The position numbers and the translations under genes are program-made. Positions 1 through 10,084 of a stretch of 64,000 nucleotides of DNA are shown piece after piece. The first letter of the stretch is position 1. Every line of letters begins with the position of its first letter. The stretch lies in contig JAFGSB010000158.1 in NCBI GenBank assembly GCA_016934825.1, positions 195 through 64,194 on the forward strand, read 5' to 3'. This stretch comes from Candidatus Zhuqueibacterota bacterium. Lineage in GTDB: Bacteria > Zhuqueibacterota > Zhuqueibacteria > Residuimicrobiales > Krinioviventaceae. The notes beneath the pieces are model-generated. The model did not search any database. It saw only the letters and a list, made by a program, of their open reading frames with translations, and was not told the origin of the DNA.

Positions 1-1
1 G

Positions 2-1423
2 ATTCTGGATAAAATTGAACGCCACTATATAGATGATACGAATTCCGATGAGTTGTTAATAAATGCGATTAACGGTATGCTGTCCGGTCTTGATCCCTAT
101 TCTGTTTATCTGACACCGGAAGAGTATAAAAACAGGGAAAGTAAATATTTAGGTTTTATCGGACTGGGTTTAAAAGTCAAATACCTGAATGACAATTATG
201 TAATTGTAAGCGTAATAGATAAAAGTCCGGCATTTATTGCAGGATTATATGTCAGTGATATCATTTTGGAGATCGATGGGAAAAAAATAAAAAATTTAAA
301 AATAGATCAGGTCGAGGCATTGCTTCAGGGACCTGAAAATACAAAAGTCAATATATTGGTCAGCAGGGCCGGTCAACCCAATCCGCAAAGCTTTACCGTG
401 AACAGACGATATATTAATATTAAGAGTATTCCTTGCGCGTTTATGATAGATAATACGACCGGTTATATCAAAATAACACATTTTGTGGAATCAACCCCGC
501 ACGAACTGGATGAAGCTTTTAAATTGTTGCAAACTAAGGGTATGAATAAATTATTGTTGGATTTGCGGGAAAATAGCGGCGGGGCGTTCAAATCGGGTGT
601 CGACGTTGCTGATCGGTTTATTTCGGGCGGGAAACTTATTGTCTTCACCAGAGGAAAAAATTCACAGGCGGCGGTAAAATACGTTGCAACATCCGGGTTT
701 ACTTTACCTGAGATGCCTTTAATTATACTGGTCAATGGTGGAACGGCAAGTGTTGCTGAAATTGTCGCTGCAGCGATTCAGGATTGGGACAGGGGATTGC
801 TGCTTGGGAGCACCACATATGGTAAAGCGCTTGTACAAACCGAATTTCCATTTCAGGATGGTTCGGCATTATTATTAACAACCGCGATATACTATACTCC
901 TTTGGGAAGAATGATCCAACGCGATTTGGACACAGTTGTTGATAAACCAGGCAAAGAAACAACCAAAGCGTTATCCAAAACCGGTAAATGGACCGAGTTT
1001 AAAACACCCGGAGGACGAATCGTATACGAAGGAAACGGCTTACGTCCGGATTTTTTTTTAACGGAAAACAAAAATATAATTTCACAATTTGTTTATAAAC
1101 TTTATGCTCGAAATCTTTTTTTCAGTTTTGCCGAAAAATATATAAAGGAACATCCCGATGTAGAAGCCGCGGAGGATTATTTTTCCGATTTTTTTATAAC
1201 TGATGCGATATTGAACGAATTTTTGGCTTTTGTTAAAAAATCCGGTTTCGGGTTTTCCGAAGGTGATGTGAATAAGAATAAACTGTCTTTAAAACGGGCG
1301 CTTAAACAGGAAATTGCTTTTATATTATGGGGCATTGATGGCGCCATTCATGTTGCGGCCCAGGAAGACCCTCAGATAAAGGAATGTATAGTTTATTTTG
1401 ACAAGGCAAAAAGTTTATTGTAA
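2..1423 (+). CDS. S41 family carboxyl-terminal processing protease (PDZ + S41), 5'-truncated by the window edge
   Basis: Frame is open from base 2 (ILDKIERHYID...). Motifs LDPYS, DLRENSGG, NGGTASVAE (catalytic Ser) and TYGK (catalytic Lys). Confidence 0.92.
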   Translation: MLDKIERHYIDDTNSDELLINAINGMLSGLDPYSVYLTPEEYKNRESKYLGFIGLGLKVKYLNDNYVIVSVIDKSPAFIAGLYVSDIILEIDGKKIKNLKIDQVEALLQGPENTKVNILVSRAGQPNPQSFTVNRRYINIKSIPCAFMIDNTTGYIKITHFVESTPHELDEAFKLLQTKGMNKLLLDLRENSGGAFKSGVDVADRFISGGKLIVFTRGKNSQAAVKYVATSGFTLPEMPLIILVNGGTASVAEIVAAAIQDWDRGLLLGSTTYGKALVQTEFPFQDGSALLLTTAIYYTPLGRMIQRDLDTVVDKPGKETTKALSKTGKWTEFKTPGGRIVYEGNGLRPDFFLTENKNIISQFVYKLYARNLFFSFAEKYIKEHPDVEAAEDYFSDFFITDAILNEFLAFVKKSGFGFSEGDVNKNKLSLKRALKQEIAFILWGIDGAIHVAAQEDPQIKECIVYFDKAKSLL

Positions 1424-1628
1424 TAATCACCTGTGTGCAGTAAACGTAATCTCGTTCCCGGTCTGGTTTGCGTGTTCAATAATATGAAACGGTTAATTCC
1501 GGGATTATAAATTTATAAAGTCAATATCAAATATGTCGGAATTCTGCTGCAAAAAACAGTCAGGTCGAAACACCAAGGGTAAAGCGGACAACATTTGAAA
1601 AATCGATGAATTTATATAATAAAATTTC

Positions 1629-1657
1629 TTGACTATCAAATCTGTAAATTGTAAGTT
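1629..1657 (+). promoter_or_regulatory. Putative sigma70 promoter for gcvPB
   Basis: TTGACT-17 bp-TAAGTT, about 50 bp upstream of the ATG at 1705. Confidence 0.5.
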
Positions 1658-1704
1658 ATTTGTTAAATAATTTTAAAAAAATTGGGATTTCAGGAGACGG
1701 TTTC

Positions 1705-3156
1705 ATGTCCTCAAAATTAATATTTGAGTCAGGTTCGGAAGGGCAGAGTGGGTGTCATTTACCGGACATTGATGTACCGGAAAAGACAATCAATGATTTA
1801 ATACCTCAAAAGTATCTGCGAAATAATGCAGCGCGTTTACCCGAAGTGAGTGAACCGGAAGTTGTTCGTCATTTTGTTAATTTATCCGCTTTAAATCATC
1901 ATGTCGATAAATCTTTTTATCCATTGGGTTCCTGCACAATGAAATATAATCCGAAAATCAATGAGGAGACGCAGGGACTAAAAGGATTCAGCGCCCTGCA
2001 TCCTCATCAACTGGAGGAGACAACCCAGGGTGCCATGCAATTGCTTTATGAAATGGCGGAATACTTGTGTGAGATTTCTGGATTGTCCGCCGTAACATTA
2101 CAACCATCCGCGGGCGCTCATGGAGAATTGACAGGTTTGATGATAATCAGGGCATATCATGATTTCAAAGGAACCCGGCGTAAATTCGTACTGATACCCG
2201 ATTCCGCACACGGAACAAATCCCGCAAGTGTTACAATTTCAGGTTATGAACCGGTCAAGATCCGGTCGAACGAAGCCGGTTTGGTAGATTTGGAGGATGT
2301 TAAATCAAAACTTAATGAGGACACGGCGGCGTTTATGTTAACAAATCCCAATACGCTCGGGATATTTGAGACACAGACGGCGGAACTGGCAAAAATGATC
2401 CATGATGCCGGCGCACTGTTATATATGGACGGCGCTAATCTGAACGCCCTGCTCGGACTTGTACGTCCGGGTGATCTGGGTTTTGATGTGGTTCATTTCA
2501 ATCTACATAAAACATTTTCCACACCGCATGGCGGCGGTGGTCCCGGGTCCGGCCCCGTGGGAGTTTCTGCATTATTAAAGGATTTCCTGCCGATTCCATG
2601 TGTTAAAAAAGAAAATGATATATATTCCCTGTTATGCGATAACAAAAATACAATCGGTAAAGTCAGTTCTTTTTATGGGAATTTTGGAATTATCGTTCGA
2701 GCTTATACCTATATCAGAATGCTGGGGGGAAAAGGATTAAGAGAAGTCAGCAAAGGCGCGTTGATCAATGCCAATTATCTGTTAAGTTTGTTAAAGGAGC
2801 ATTACGAATTACCCTATAAAAAAACCCCGATGCACGAATTCGTATTGTCCGGTAACAGGCAAAAGGAATACGGAGTCAAAACGCTGGATATTGCAAAAAG
2901 AATGCTTGATTACGGAGTACATGCGCCAACGGTTTATTTCCCGTTAATTGTGTCCGAAGCTCTAATGATCGAACCAACCGAGACGGAAAGCAAGGCATCG
3001 TTGGAGGATTTTGCCAATATTATGATAAAGATCGCCGGGGAAGCGGAAAAAAATCCGGAGTTGTTAAAAGAAGCTCCCGTTACTACCCCGGTGGCGCGGT
3101 TGAATGAGGCTTTGGCGGCGCGTAATTTGAACGTTCGTTTTAATTTTCAGGATTAA
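1705..3156 (+). CDS. gcvPB: Glycine dehydrogenase (decarboxylating) subunit 2
   Basis: [20 protein letters not shown] (PLP Lys), [24 protein letters not shown] at 1692 favours ATG 1705 over TTG 1660. Confidence 0.96.
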   Translation: MSSKLIFESGSEGQSGCHLPDIDVPEKTINDLIPQKYLRNNAARLPEVSEPEVVRHFVNLSALNHHVDKSFYPLGSCTMKYNPKINEETQGLKGFSALHPHQLEETTQGAMQLLYEMAEYLCEISGLSAVTLQPSAGAHGELTGLMIIRAYHDFKGTRRKFVLIPDSAHGTNPASVTISGYEPVKIRSNEAGLVDLEDVKSKLNEDTAAFMLTNPNTLGIFETQTAELAKMIHDAGALLYMDGANLNALLGLVRPGDLGFDVVHFNLHKTFSTPHGGGGPGSGPVGVSALLKDFLPIPCVKKENDIYSLLCDNKNTIGKVSSFYGNFGIIVRAYTYIRMLGGKGLREVSKGALINANYLLSLLKEHYELPYKKTPMHEFVLSGNRQKEYGVKTLDIAKRMLDYGVHAPTVYFPLIVSEALMIEPTETESKASLEDFANIMIKIAGEAEKNPELLKEAPVTTPVARLNEALAARNLNVRFNFQD

Positions 3157-3201
3157 TATCCATAACAAGTTTTAATTATGAATACTATCAAGAGGTAAAT
3201 T

Positions 3202-4158
3202 ATTTTAGATAAAACCGAAACAGGCAAGCGGGCGCATATATTAATTGTTGACGACCTGCCCGCGAACATAAAATTACTTCATTCGTTTTTATCCTTGAAC
3301 TATGATATCACTGTCGCAAGTTCCGGGCAACAAACTATTTCAATAGTCGAAAAATCCAAACCCGATTTGATATTACTTGATGTCATGATGCCTGATTTGA
3401 ATGGTTTTGATACATGCCGGTTAATAAAGAATAATGATAAAAATTTTTATATACCGATAATTCTGGTTACCGCCTTAAATGAAGTCGAAGATAAAATTAA
3501 AGGAATTGAGGCCGGTGCGGATGATTTTATTACCAAACCGGTTAATAAGCATGAACTGTTATCGCGGGTAAAATCATTATTGCGAATTAAATCGCTGCAT
3601 GACGAACTTCAGGAAAAAGTGATCCTGCTGGAAGATGCGAAAGAGACGTTACGGCAACTGGCAATAAAGGACGGTCTGACTAACCTGTACAATCACCGTT
3701 ACTTTAAGGATGCCATTAATAATGAAATTGAACGCGCCAAACGAAATCATACTCAATTTTCTCTGATTATGTTTGATATCGATTATTTTAAAAATTATAA
3801 TGATACGAACGGTCATTTAGCCGGTGACGATGTTTTACGTATTATTGCAGAACTAGTACAAAGAAATATACGCAGTATTGATGTTGCCGCCCGGTATGGG
3901 GGCGAAGAATTTGCGCTTATTTTCCCGGAAACGAACAAAACAGCGGCTAAGTTCATAGCAAATAAAATAAAAAATCTGATTGATGGTTACAAGTTTTATA
4001 ATGAAGCATCTCAGCCTAACGGAAAAATATCCATTAGTGTGGGTGTTGCTACCTACCCGATTAACGGAACTTCAATCGAAGAATTAATTGACTGCGCCGA
4101 TAGAAGACTATATATAGCAAAAGCAAAAGGAAAAAATCAGGTCATTGATGAAGGTTAA
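3202..4158 (+). CDS. Response-regulator diguanylate cyclase (REC-GGDEF)
   Basis: REC motifs ILIVDD (upstream of the ORF-track start, in frame), LLDVMMP and TKP. RYGGEEF active site with RSID (RxxD) I-site. Start uncertain, probably ATT 3199/3202. Confidence 0.9.
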   Translation: MLDKTETGKRAHILIVDDLPANIKLLHSFLSLNYDITVASSGQQTISIVEKSKPDLILLDVMMPDLNGFDTCRLIKNNDKNFYIPIILVTALNEVEDKIKGIEAGADDFITKPVNKHELLSRVKSLLRIKSLHDELQEKVILLEDAKETLRQLAIKDGLTNLYNHRYFKDAINNEIERAKRNHTQFSLIMFDIDYFKNYNDTNGHLAGDDVLRIIAELVQRNIRSIDVAARYGGEEFALIFPETNKTAAKFIANKIKNLIDGYKFYNEASQPNGKISISVGVATYPINGTSIEELIDCADRRLYIAKAKGKNQVIDEG

Positions 4159-4166
4159 ATAAATAT

Positions 4167-5633
4167 ATGACGAATTGGATCAATCAGCAAATAAAGAGTA
4201 AGTTGTTTCGTAAATTGTTACTGGCAATTATGATTGCATCCATGATTCCGGTTATCACTTTGATATTGTTTACCCTTTTTGGTAATTATTTTATAACCGG
4301 AAATGGTATGCTTTCTGTTTTTATGATTATACTTGGTATTATATTATTTGCATTATTACTTGCCGGTGTTGTTGCGTTTTATATTTCCCGTTATATCACA
4401 ACCCCGATTGCCGAATTCACACAAAGTGCTACGGAAATCGCCAGGGGTAATTTTTCTCAAAAAATAAATGTGATTTCGGATAATGAAATCGGTAAACTGG
4501 CCAAACTGTTCAATTATATGACCACCGAAATCCGTCGATTGAATGAAATGAATTTGGCGCAAATAATCGCCGAACGCAACAAAACACAAACCATTATTAA
4601 ACACATTGCCGATGGCGTTATTGTAACCGATCCGAATTTAAAAATACTCATTCTGAATTCTACTGCTGAAAGATGGTTTGATCTGCAGGAAGGGCAGGCG
4701 CTGGAAAAACCCATTAATCAATCTATTGAAGAACCGAAACTATTGCATTTGATCCATGAAGCAACTGAAAATAATTTTTCCGAGTTGCCCTCCGTAGAAA
4801 TTGAAGTCAAGGGAAAAAACAGCTGGAAACCGAGAATATTACAGGCAAACGCCGCACGTGTTATGCATGCGACCGAAGGACTGATCGGCATCGCAACTAT
4901 TTTGCGTGATATCACCGAGCAAAAAGAGATAGATCGTATGAAAACCGAACTCGTTTCCATGGTTGCCCATGAATTGAGATCTCCCTTGACCAGTATTTCC
5001 GGTTTCAGTGAACTGGCGCTCGATCCTGAAATCGATAAAGAACAATCCATTGAATATGCGAATATTATACACAAAGAAGCCATCCGGCTGGGCGATTTGA
5101 TAAATAAGTTCCTGGATATTTCCCGAATCGAATCGGGCCGGATACAACCACAGAAATCCAGGGTGGACCTTGTCGAAACAGTTCAAATGGTTCTTGGTAA
5201 CAATTCTTATCTGGCAGATCAAAAGAATATTGTCGTTGATTTTCATGAACCCGATTCGCCGACTTTTATCGATGCGGATAGCGGAATGATGGAACAGATC
5301 ATTTTAAACCTGTTTTCCAACGCGGTAAAATATAGCCCCGATAACAGTAAGGTAGATATTCTACTCAAAAGTAATGATACTTTTGTAATCCTGCAGGTTA
5401 AAGATCAGGGATTCGGTATTCCGGAAAAGGACCTGCAAAATATTTTTGATAAATTCTACCGGGTTACCGATAATGAAAAGGTACGGGCTGTAAACGGTTC
5501 CGGATTGGGATTGTCACTCGTGAAACAACTGGTGGAAATACATAACGGCAAGATAAAAGTGGAAAGTCAGCTTGGATTCGGTTCAATATTTTCTATTTTT
5601 TTACCGGCTTTGGAAAAAGATATGATAATTTAA
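4167..5633 (+). CDS. Membrane sensor histidine kinase (2 TM, HAMP, PAS, HisKA, HATPase)
   Basis: Two hydrophobic helices, HAMP (EIGKLAKLFNYM), PAS (IADGVIVTD), AHELRSPL H-box, NLFSNAVKY, DQGFGI and GSGLGL boxes. Confidence 0.93.
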   Translation: MTNWINQQIKSKLFRKLLLAIMIASMIPVITLILFTLFGNYFITGNGMLSVFMIILGIILFALLLAGVVAFYISRYITTPIAEFTQSATEIARGNFSQKINVISDNEIGKLAKLFNYMTTEIRRLNEMNLAQIIAERNKTQTIIKHIADGVIVTDPNLKILILNSTAERWFDLQEGQALEKPINQSIEEPKLLHLIHEATENNFSELPSVEIEVKGKNSWKPRILQANAARVMHATEGLIGIATILRDITEQKEIDRMKTELVSMVAHELRSPLTSISGFSELALDPEIDKEQSIEYANIIHKEAIRLGDLINKFLDISRIESGRIQPQKSRVDLVETVQMVLGNNSYLADQKNIVVDFHEPDSPTFIDADSGMMEQIILNLFSNAVKYSPDNSKVDILLKSNDTFVILQVKDQGFGIPEKDLQNIFDKFYRVTDNEKVRAVNGSGLGLSLVKQLVEIHNGKIKVESQLGFGSIFSIFLPALEKDMII

Positions 5634-5703
5634 TTGTTGTATCTGTATTTTTATGTATTATATTTAATGATAAGAACAAATGTTGTATATTTCGGGTTTA
5701 AAA

Positions 5704-6369
5704 ATGAAAAAATACAAGTTGTTGTTAATTGATGATAATGTGGATATGCTGCTCATTGGTAAACGAATTTTTGGGCGGGCAAATTATGATTTTTACACCG
5801 CCAGAAACGGACAGGAGGGACTGGAAACAGCAAAATTTCACAAACCGGATATCATCATTTTGGATTTTATTCTCCCGGATATAAACGGTATGCAGTTTAT
5901 AAAAATATTATCTACATCACAGCAGTACTCGTCTATCAGGAATATCCCGATCATTATTTTAACGGCCAAGGCTGAAGAAATTGAAAATTTTGAAGAATGT
6001 TATAAAATGGGTTTACGCGCTTTTTTGAACAAACCATTCGGACACCGCGAATTGGTGAATGTGGTAGATAATATCGTGCGATTGTCAAAATTGGAACATC
6101 AATCACCTCAAAATGGTACACCCGCACCCAAGCTGAATCACTTTGGTGAGAGACTGGCGGAATCGGAATGGGTGGAAGATTTAAAGATCGCAAACTCTAC
6201 AATTGTAAGTTTGTGTAAACAATTGTACGATAACGAAATGTCCAATTTAACGGAACAGCAAAAAATGGACGTTCATGCCATATATAACAGCAGCAAACGG
6301 ATGACAAAACTGATTAATGAAAGAAAAATTAGCGCCGGCCCGATTGTAGACAACTCTTTTTCAATCTAA
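5704..6369 (+). CDS. Response regulator: receiver domain plus helical C-terminal extension
   Basis: LLIDD, ILDFILP (phospho-Asp), LTA and KPF. The C-terminus resembles a His-less DHp. Start 5704 or 5680. Confidence 0.85.
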   Translation: MKKYKLLLIDDNVDMLLIGKRIFGRANYDFYTARNGQEGLETAKFHKPDIIILDFILPDINGMQFIKILSTSQQYSSIRNIPIIILTAKAEEIENFEECYKMGLRAFLNKPFGHRELVNVVDNIVRLSKLEHQSPQNGTPAPKLNHFGERLAESEWVEDLKIANSTIVSLCKQLYDNEMSNLTEQQKMDVHAIYNSSKRMTKLINERKISAGPIVDNSFSI

Positions 6370-7319
6370 TCCAGCAATAATCGACCTTTTTCGATTATTC
6401 TTTTTCCCTTCACCTCCACTGTGGCCTTATAAACAATCCCATGTAACGACATATCCATATCCGAAATTTCATCATTGATTGAATTGTGACCCAGCCTGAT
6501 ATAGACGTTGCCGAGAACCTTTTCATCTTCCGTGGGATTTCCACATATTTTCGCCACATCATTTGTACCAATTCCGAATTCAATTACATAGCGGCTCTTT
6601 GATCCGAGCTGCGCAAGTTTTTGTCTCAGATGTTTCGCGGAATGACCGCCCTTGATGCGAGCCGCCCGGCCTTCCCTGATGTATAAAATCAGTTTTTCGG
6701 GGTCCTCTCTGTCGTATTTCATTCCGCTGTCGACAACCAATTCTCCTTCGGTTTTTCCCGCTTCGGGAGTGATACAGGCCACCCCGGCCGGTAAATGGGA
6801 AAATGTTCCCGGTATATTGATTAATCCGGTTTCGGCATAGCCATGATGGTTTTCTATTGGAATCTGCAGCCTTGTCCCGTTTGCTGAAATGACATTTACA
6901 ATTTTGGCAATTGATAATATATCGCTCAATTTTTTGCTTAACCGGTTTATTTTTTTAAAATCCGTATTTGCAAATCTTATGAATGTCGGTTTCGTGATAT
7001 TGGGCAAACTAACAATGCGAGTGCCGGTCTGATTTGCTTTGATACGAGCTTCCATTGGAGAAATGGACGGAGTTGTTACGGCAATGATAATGTCCATATC
7101 CTGTATAAAATTTGTGACCGAAGCATGAATCCCGATTCGGTGAAAATTTTTTGGCAAGAAAAATATATAAGTATATTTTGTTTTTTTTAAGCATTCTTTA
7201 TAAAGCAGTTGGGCAATATCCAGATATGGTTCGGTGACCAGGATGAGGACCGATTCACCTTTTTTTACCTCAAGACATCTATTGATTACGGATTGTGCGG
7301 ACTTTTCGGGTTTAGTCAT
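6366..7319 (-). CDS. M29-like (thermophilic leucyl aminopeptidase) homolog with degenerate metal ligands
   Basis: VKKGESVLI, GTRIVSLP, LPAG, EFGIGTN and EDEKVLG motifs. Several expected Glu/His/Asp ligands are substituted. Confidence 0.78.
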   Translation of the reverse strand: MTKPEKSAQSVINRCLEVKKGESVLILVTEPYLDIAQLLYKECLKKTKYTYIFFLPKNFHRIGIHASVTNFIQDMDIIIAVTTPSISPMEARIKANQTGTRIVSLPNITKPTFIRFANTDFKKINRLSKKLSDILSIAKIVNVISANGTRLQIPIENHHGYAETGLINIPGTFSHLPAGVACITPEAGKTEGELVVDSGMKYDREDPEKLILYIREGRAARIKGGHSAKHLRQKLAQLGSKSRYVIEFGIGTNDVAKICGNPTEDEKVLGNVYIRLGHNSINDEISDMDMSLHGIVYKATVEVKGKRIIEKGRLLLD

Positions 7320-7383
7320 AATTTGTACACACTAAAATAATACTGCTGCTGACACTAATTTTAATCGTATTTAGGAAAAGGCT

Positions 7384-7785
7384 TTATTTTATAAGACTTT
7401 TATTTAATGTATTGTTCAGAGTGTCTTGTCCGGGCGTAACCGAACACTCATGATCCAATATTATAAATTTGTTTTGTGCCAATGAATTCACAAACAGACT
7501 CAATCTTTGAAACACGGGTTCTATTTTCTGTCCGTATTTATCAGTCAAAGCGTCGCCGATTTTTTGTACGTTGTTTGAACCATCAATCTGGTTCCATACA
7601 AAACTGCCGAATTCATCTAATTTAACCTGATAGTCCGGCCGTTTCGTTACCGGGCCAAATAATTTTGCCCAAAAAGGGCTTTTAAACTTTGGCGATAACA
7701 AAATGACCAGACCATCATCATTTAGTTTCCACTTTACGTTATGTTTTGGATATAACTCTAATAAATTTAGACTTTTATTTTTCAT
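7384..7785 (-). CDS. PqqD family (RiPP recognition element-like) protein
   Basis: LDEFGSFVWNQIDGSNNVQKIG...RLSLFVNSL is the typical PqqD pattern. Overlaps the 3' end of the OPT gene. Confidence 0.85.
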   Translation of the reverse strand: MKNKSLNLLELYPKHNVKWKLNDDGLVILLSPKFKSPFWAKLFGPVTKRPDYQVKLDEFGSFVWNQIDGSNNVQKIGDALTDKYGQKIEPVFQRLSLFVNSLAQNKFIILDHECSVTPGQDTLNNTLNKSLIK

Positions 7786-9826
7786 TAGTCAAACTTGATT
7801 GATTCGCCAAAAGCCTTTTAACCGGAAAATTGATCAAAACATATCCGATGATAATAAAAACCAGAACACCGAGCCACCAAAAACCGTCAAAGGTTTCCGG
7901 TAAGCCGATCAGGGTTTTTAAATTGATATCCGCCACGACCAGGGCGGCAAGAATGATCCCTGTTAACGCTTCCCCGGCAACCAATCCCGATGCCAGTAAA
8001 AGACCTGTATTTTCTACTGTGTTTTTATCGTCTTCGTTTTTAATTTTTTTCTCGGTGACCTTTTCAACAATATATTTTATCACACCGCCGATAAAAATTG
8101 CAGATGTTGTATTAAAAGGCAAATACATACCGACCGAAATAAGCATGGGAGAAGGCGAACCGATAAGTATAAGGGCAACACCGAAAAACATACCTGCAAT
8201 AACCAGCGGCCAGGCCATTTCGCCGCCGACGATTCCCCTGCTCATCATGGCCATTAAACCCGCCTGGGGCGCCGGTAATGCGTCACTGCCAAGTCCATAG
8301 GCGTTGTGCAGCAGCATAATGGGAATGACCAGAACCAGCGAAGCGGCAACAACACCCATAATAACGCCGATCTGCATTTTCCAGGGTGTACCGCCCAGGA
8401 AATAACCTACTTTCAAATCCTGCATCATATCACCAGCCACACCGGCAACACAGCATACCACGGAGGCCACTGCAAGAACGGCCGCAACGCCGGGATCGCC
8501 TTTCATGCCGACCAGAACCATTAATAATGCTGCAATCAGTAATGTTGATAAAGTCAGACCCGATATCGGATTCGATGAACTGCCAATGATACCGACAAGA
8601 TAACCGGCTACGGCGGCAAAGATGAATCCGGCAATGGTCATGATAACCGCTGCCAAAACAGCGGAACCCCAGTTGATTGAAAATGTCTTATAAACCAATA
8701 TTATGGCTAATACCAGAACGCCTATTGCGATTATCGTCGCGCCAAAAGGAACATCTTTATCCGTTCGGACAGTCTCCGAACCTTCGGCTCCGGCTTTACG
8801 TATATCCTGAATGCCATGTGAAATACCACTAATCAGGCTATTTCTCATTTTAAATAATGTGTAAAAGGCGCCCACCAGCATTCCGCCCACTGCAATGGGT
8901 TTCACTGTTGAACTGTAGGCCGCTTTGGCTATGTTTATCCAGCCTTCGGAAGCCGCAAAAGGCTCGAGTTGCCCGCTAAGTAAAAGGAGAACAATCGGCA
9001 TTAGAAATACCCATCCGAATACGCCGCCGGAAAATGTTATAGCGGACAGCTTGAAACCGATTATGTATCCGACACCGACAAAAGCCGGTGACGATGACGG
9101 GCTCTGTACAAACATGCCGCCTATGTATGAAAATTGTGCTTTTATCTTATCTCCGGTGCTGGAGATGATTTCGACAATTTTACTATCGCTGTTTAATAAC
9201 AAGACTTTGGATGCTTTAAAATGAAAAAATCCGGAAACGGTGTCTTTAATGAACCTGAATCCGTTTTCATTTTTAAATAATTCGATCAATGCGGCTAAAC
9301 CCATTGACCAGAAAACATATTTACCGCCCGATTGCCCGCTCTGACCGGCCTTGACAATTTCAGCGCATGCTTTACTTTCCGGATAGGGCAGGGTTTGATC
9401 TTCAATCAGTGTCCGCCGTAACAAAATGATAAAGAGAACACCAAGAATACCACCTACTAACATGAGTATCGTACTTTTGAAATAATCAAAATCCTGCCAT
9501 ACTCCCGCAAGGATAAACGCGGGAATAGTAAAAATGGCCCCTGCGGCCAATGCCTCACCCACCGCGCCTGTCGTTCGGGCAATATTTTCTTCCAGTATGG
9601 TCCCCTTGAACGGTTTCAATATCGCCATGGCTATTACTGCAGCCGGGAATGTTGCAGCAACGGTCATCCCCGCTTTTAAGCCAAGATATGCATTCGCCGC
9701 TCCAAGTATGATGGATAATACAAGTCCGAGAAAAACCGCCTTAAATGTAAATTCCCGCATTTGTGTGGATACCGGTACAAATGGAACATGTTTCGAATTT
9801 TTTTCATTACTGTTTTGGGTGTTCAT
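7775..9826 (-). CDS. OPT family oligopeptide transporter
   Basis: AANAYLGLKAG, LPYPESKACA, NPISG, DMMQDLKVG, LPAPQA and SGLVAGE, with many TM helices. GGAGGT RBS before ATG 9826. Confidence 0.93.
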   Translation of the reverse strand: MNTQNSNEKNSKHVPFVPVSTQMREFTFKAVFLGLVLSIILGAANAYLGLKAGMTVAATFPAAVIAMAILKPFKGTILEENIARTTGAVGEALAAGAIFTIPAFILAGVWQDFDYFKSTILMLVGGILGVLFIILLRRTLIEDQTLPYPESKACAEIVKAGQSGQSGGKYVFWSMGLAALIELFKNENGFRFIKDTVSGFFHFKASKVLLLNSDSKIVEIISSTGDKIKAQFSYIGGMFVQSPSSSPAFVGVGYIIGFKLSAITFSGGVFGWVFLMPIVLLLLSGQLEPFAASEGWINIAKAAYSSTVKPIAVGGMLVGAFYTLFKMRNSLISGISHGIQDIRKAGAEGSETVRTDKDVPFGATIIAIGVLVLAIILVYKTFSINWGSAVLAAVIMTIAGFIFAAVAGYLVGIIGSSSNPISGLTLSTLLIAALLMVLVGMKGDPGVAAVLAVASVVCCVAGVAGDMMQDLKVGYFLGGTPWKMQIGVIMGVVAASLVLVIPIMLLHNAYGLGSDALPAPQAGLMAMMSRGIVGGEMAWPLVIAGMFFGVALILIGSPSPMLISVGMYLPFNTTSAIFIGGVIKYIVEKVTEKKIKNEDDKNTVENTGLLLASGLVAGEALTGIILAALVVADINLKTLIGLPETFDGFWWLGVLVFIIIGYVLINFPVKRLLANQSSLTNEK

Positions 9827-10084
9827 AAATTGACCTCCGCATCCTGATATTAAATCTATGCCTTGACATTTTTTAATGTGAAAGGACAAAACCTGTTGAT
9901 AATGAGGGCTAAAAATATTTGACTTAATATTGAAAAATATTCACAAAATATCAAGTAAAACAATAAAAATTTTCAGTAATTATGTAAAATGTGAATTTAG
10001 ATTAAATGCGCCCATAGTTATATGTATTAGTTTTTGTTTGATTTTTCACTTTTTTTCCCTATATTTTTTTATTTAGAGATAAGC

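Noticed and set aside
1424-1704. Glycine riboswitch upstream of gcvPB
   Set aside because: The conserved GGAGA...CCGAAG...CTCTCAGG aptamer pattern is absent, and the predicted promoter leaves only a short leader.
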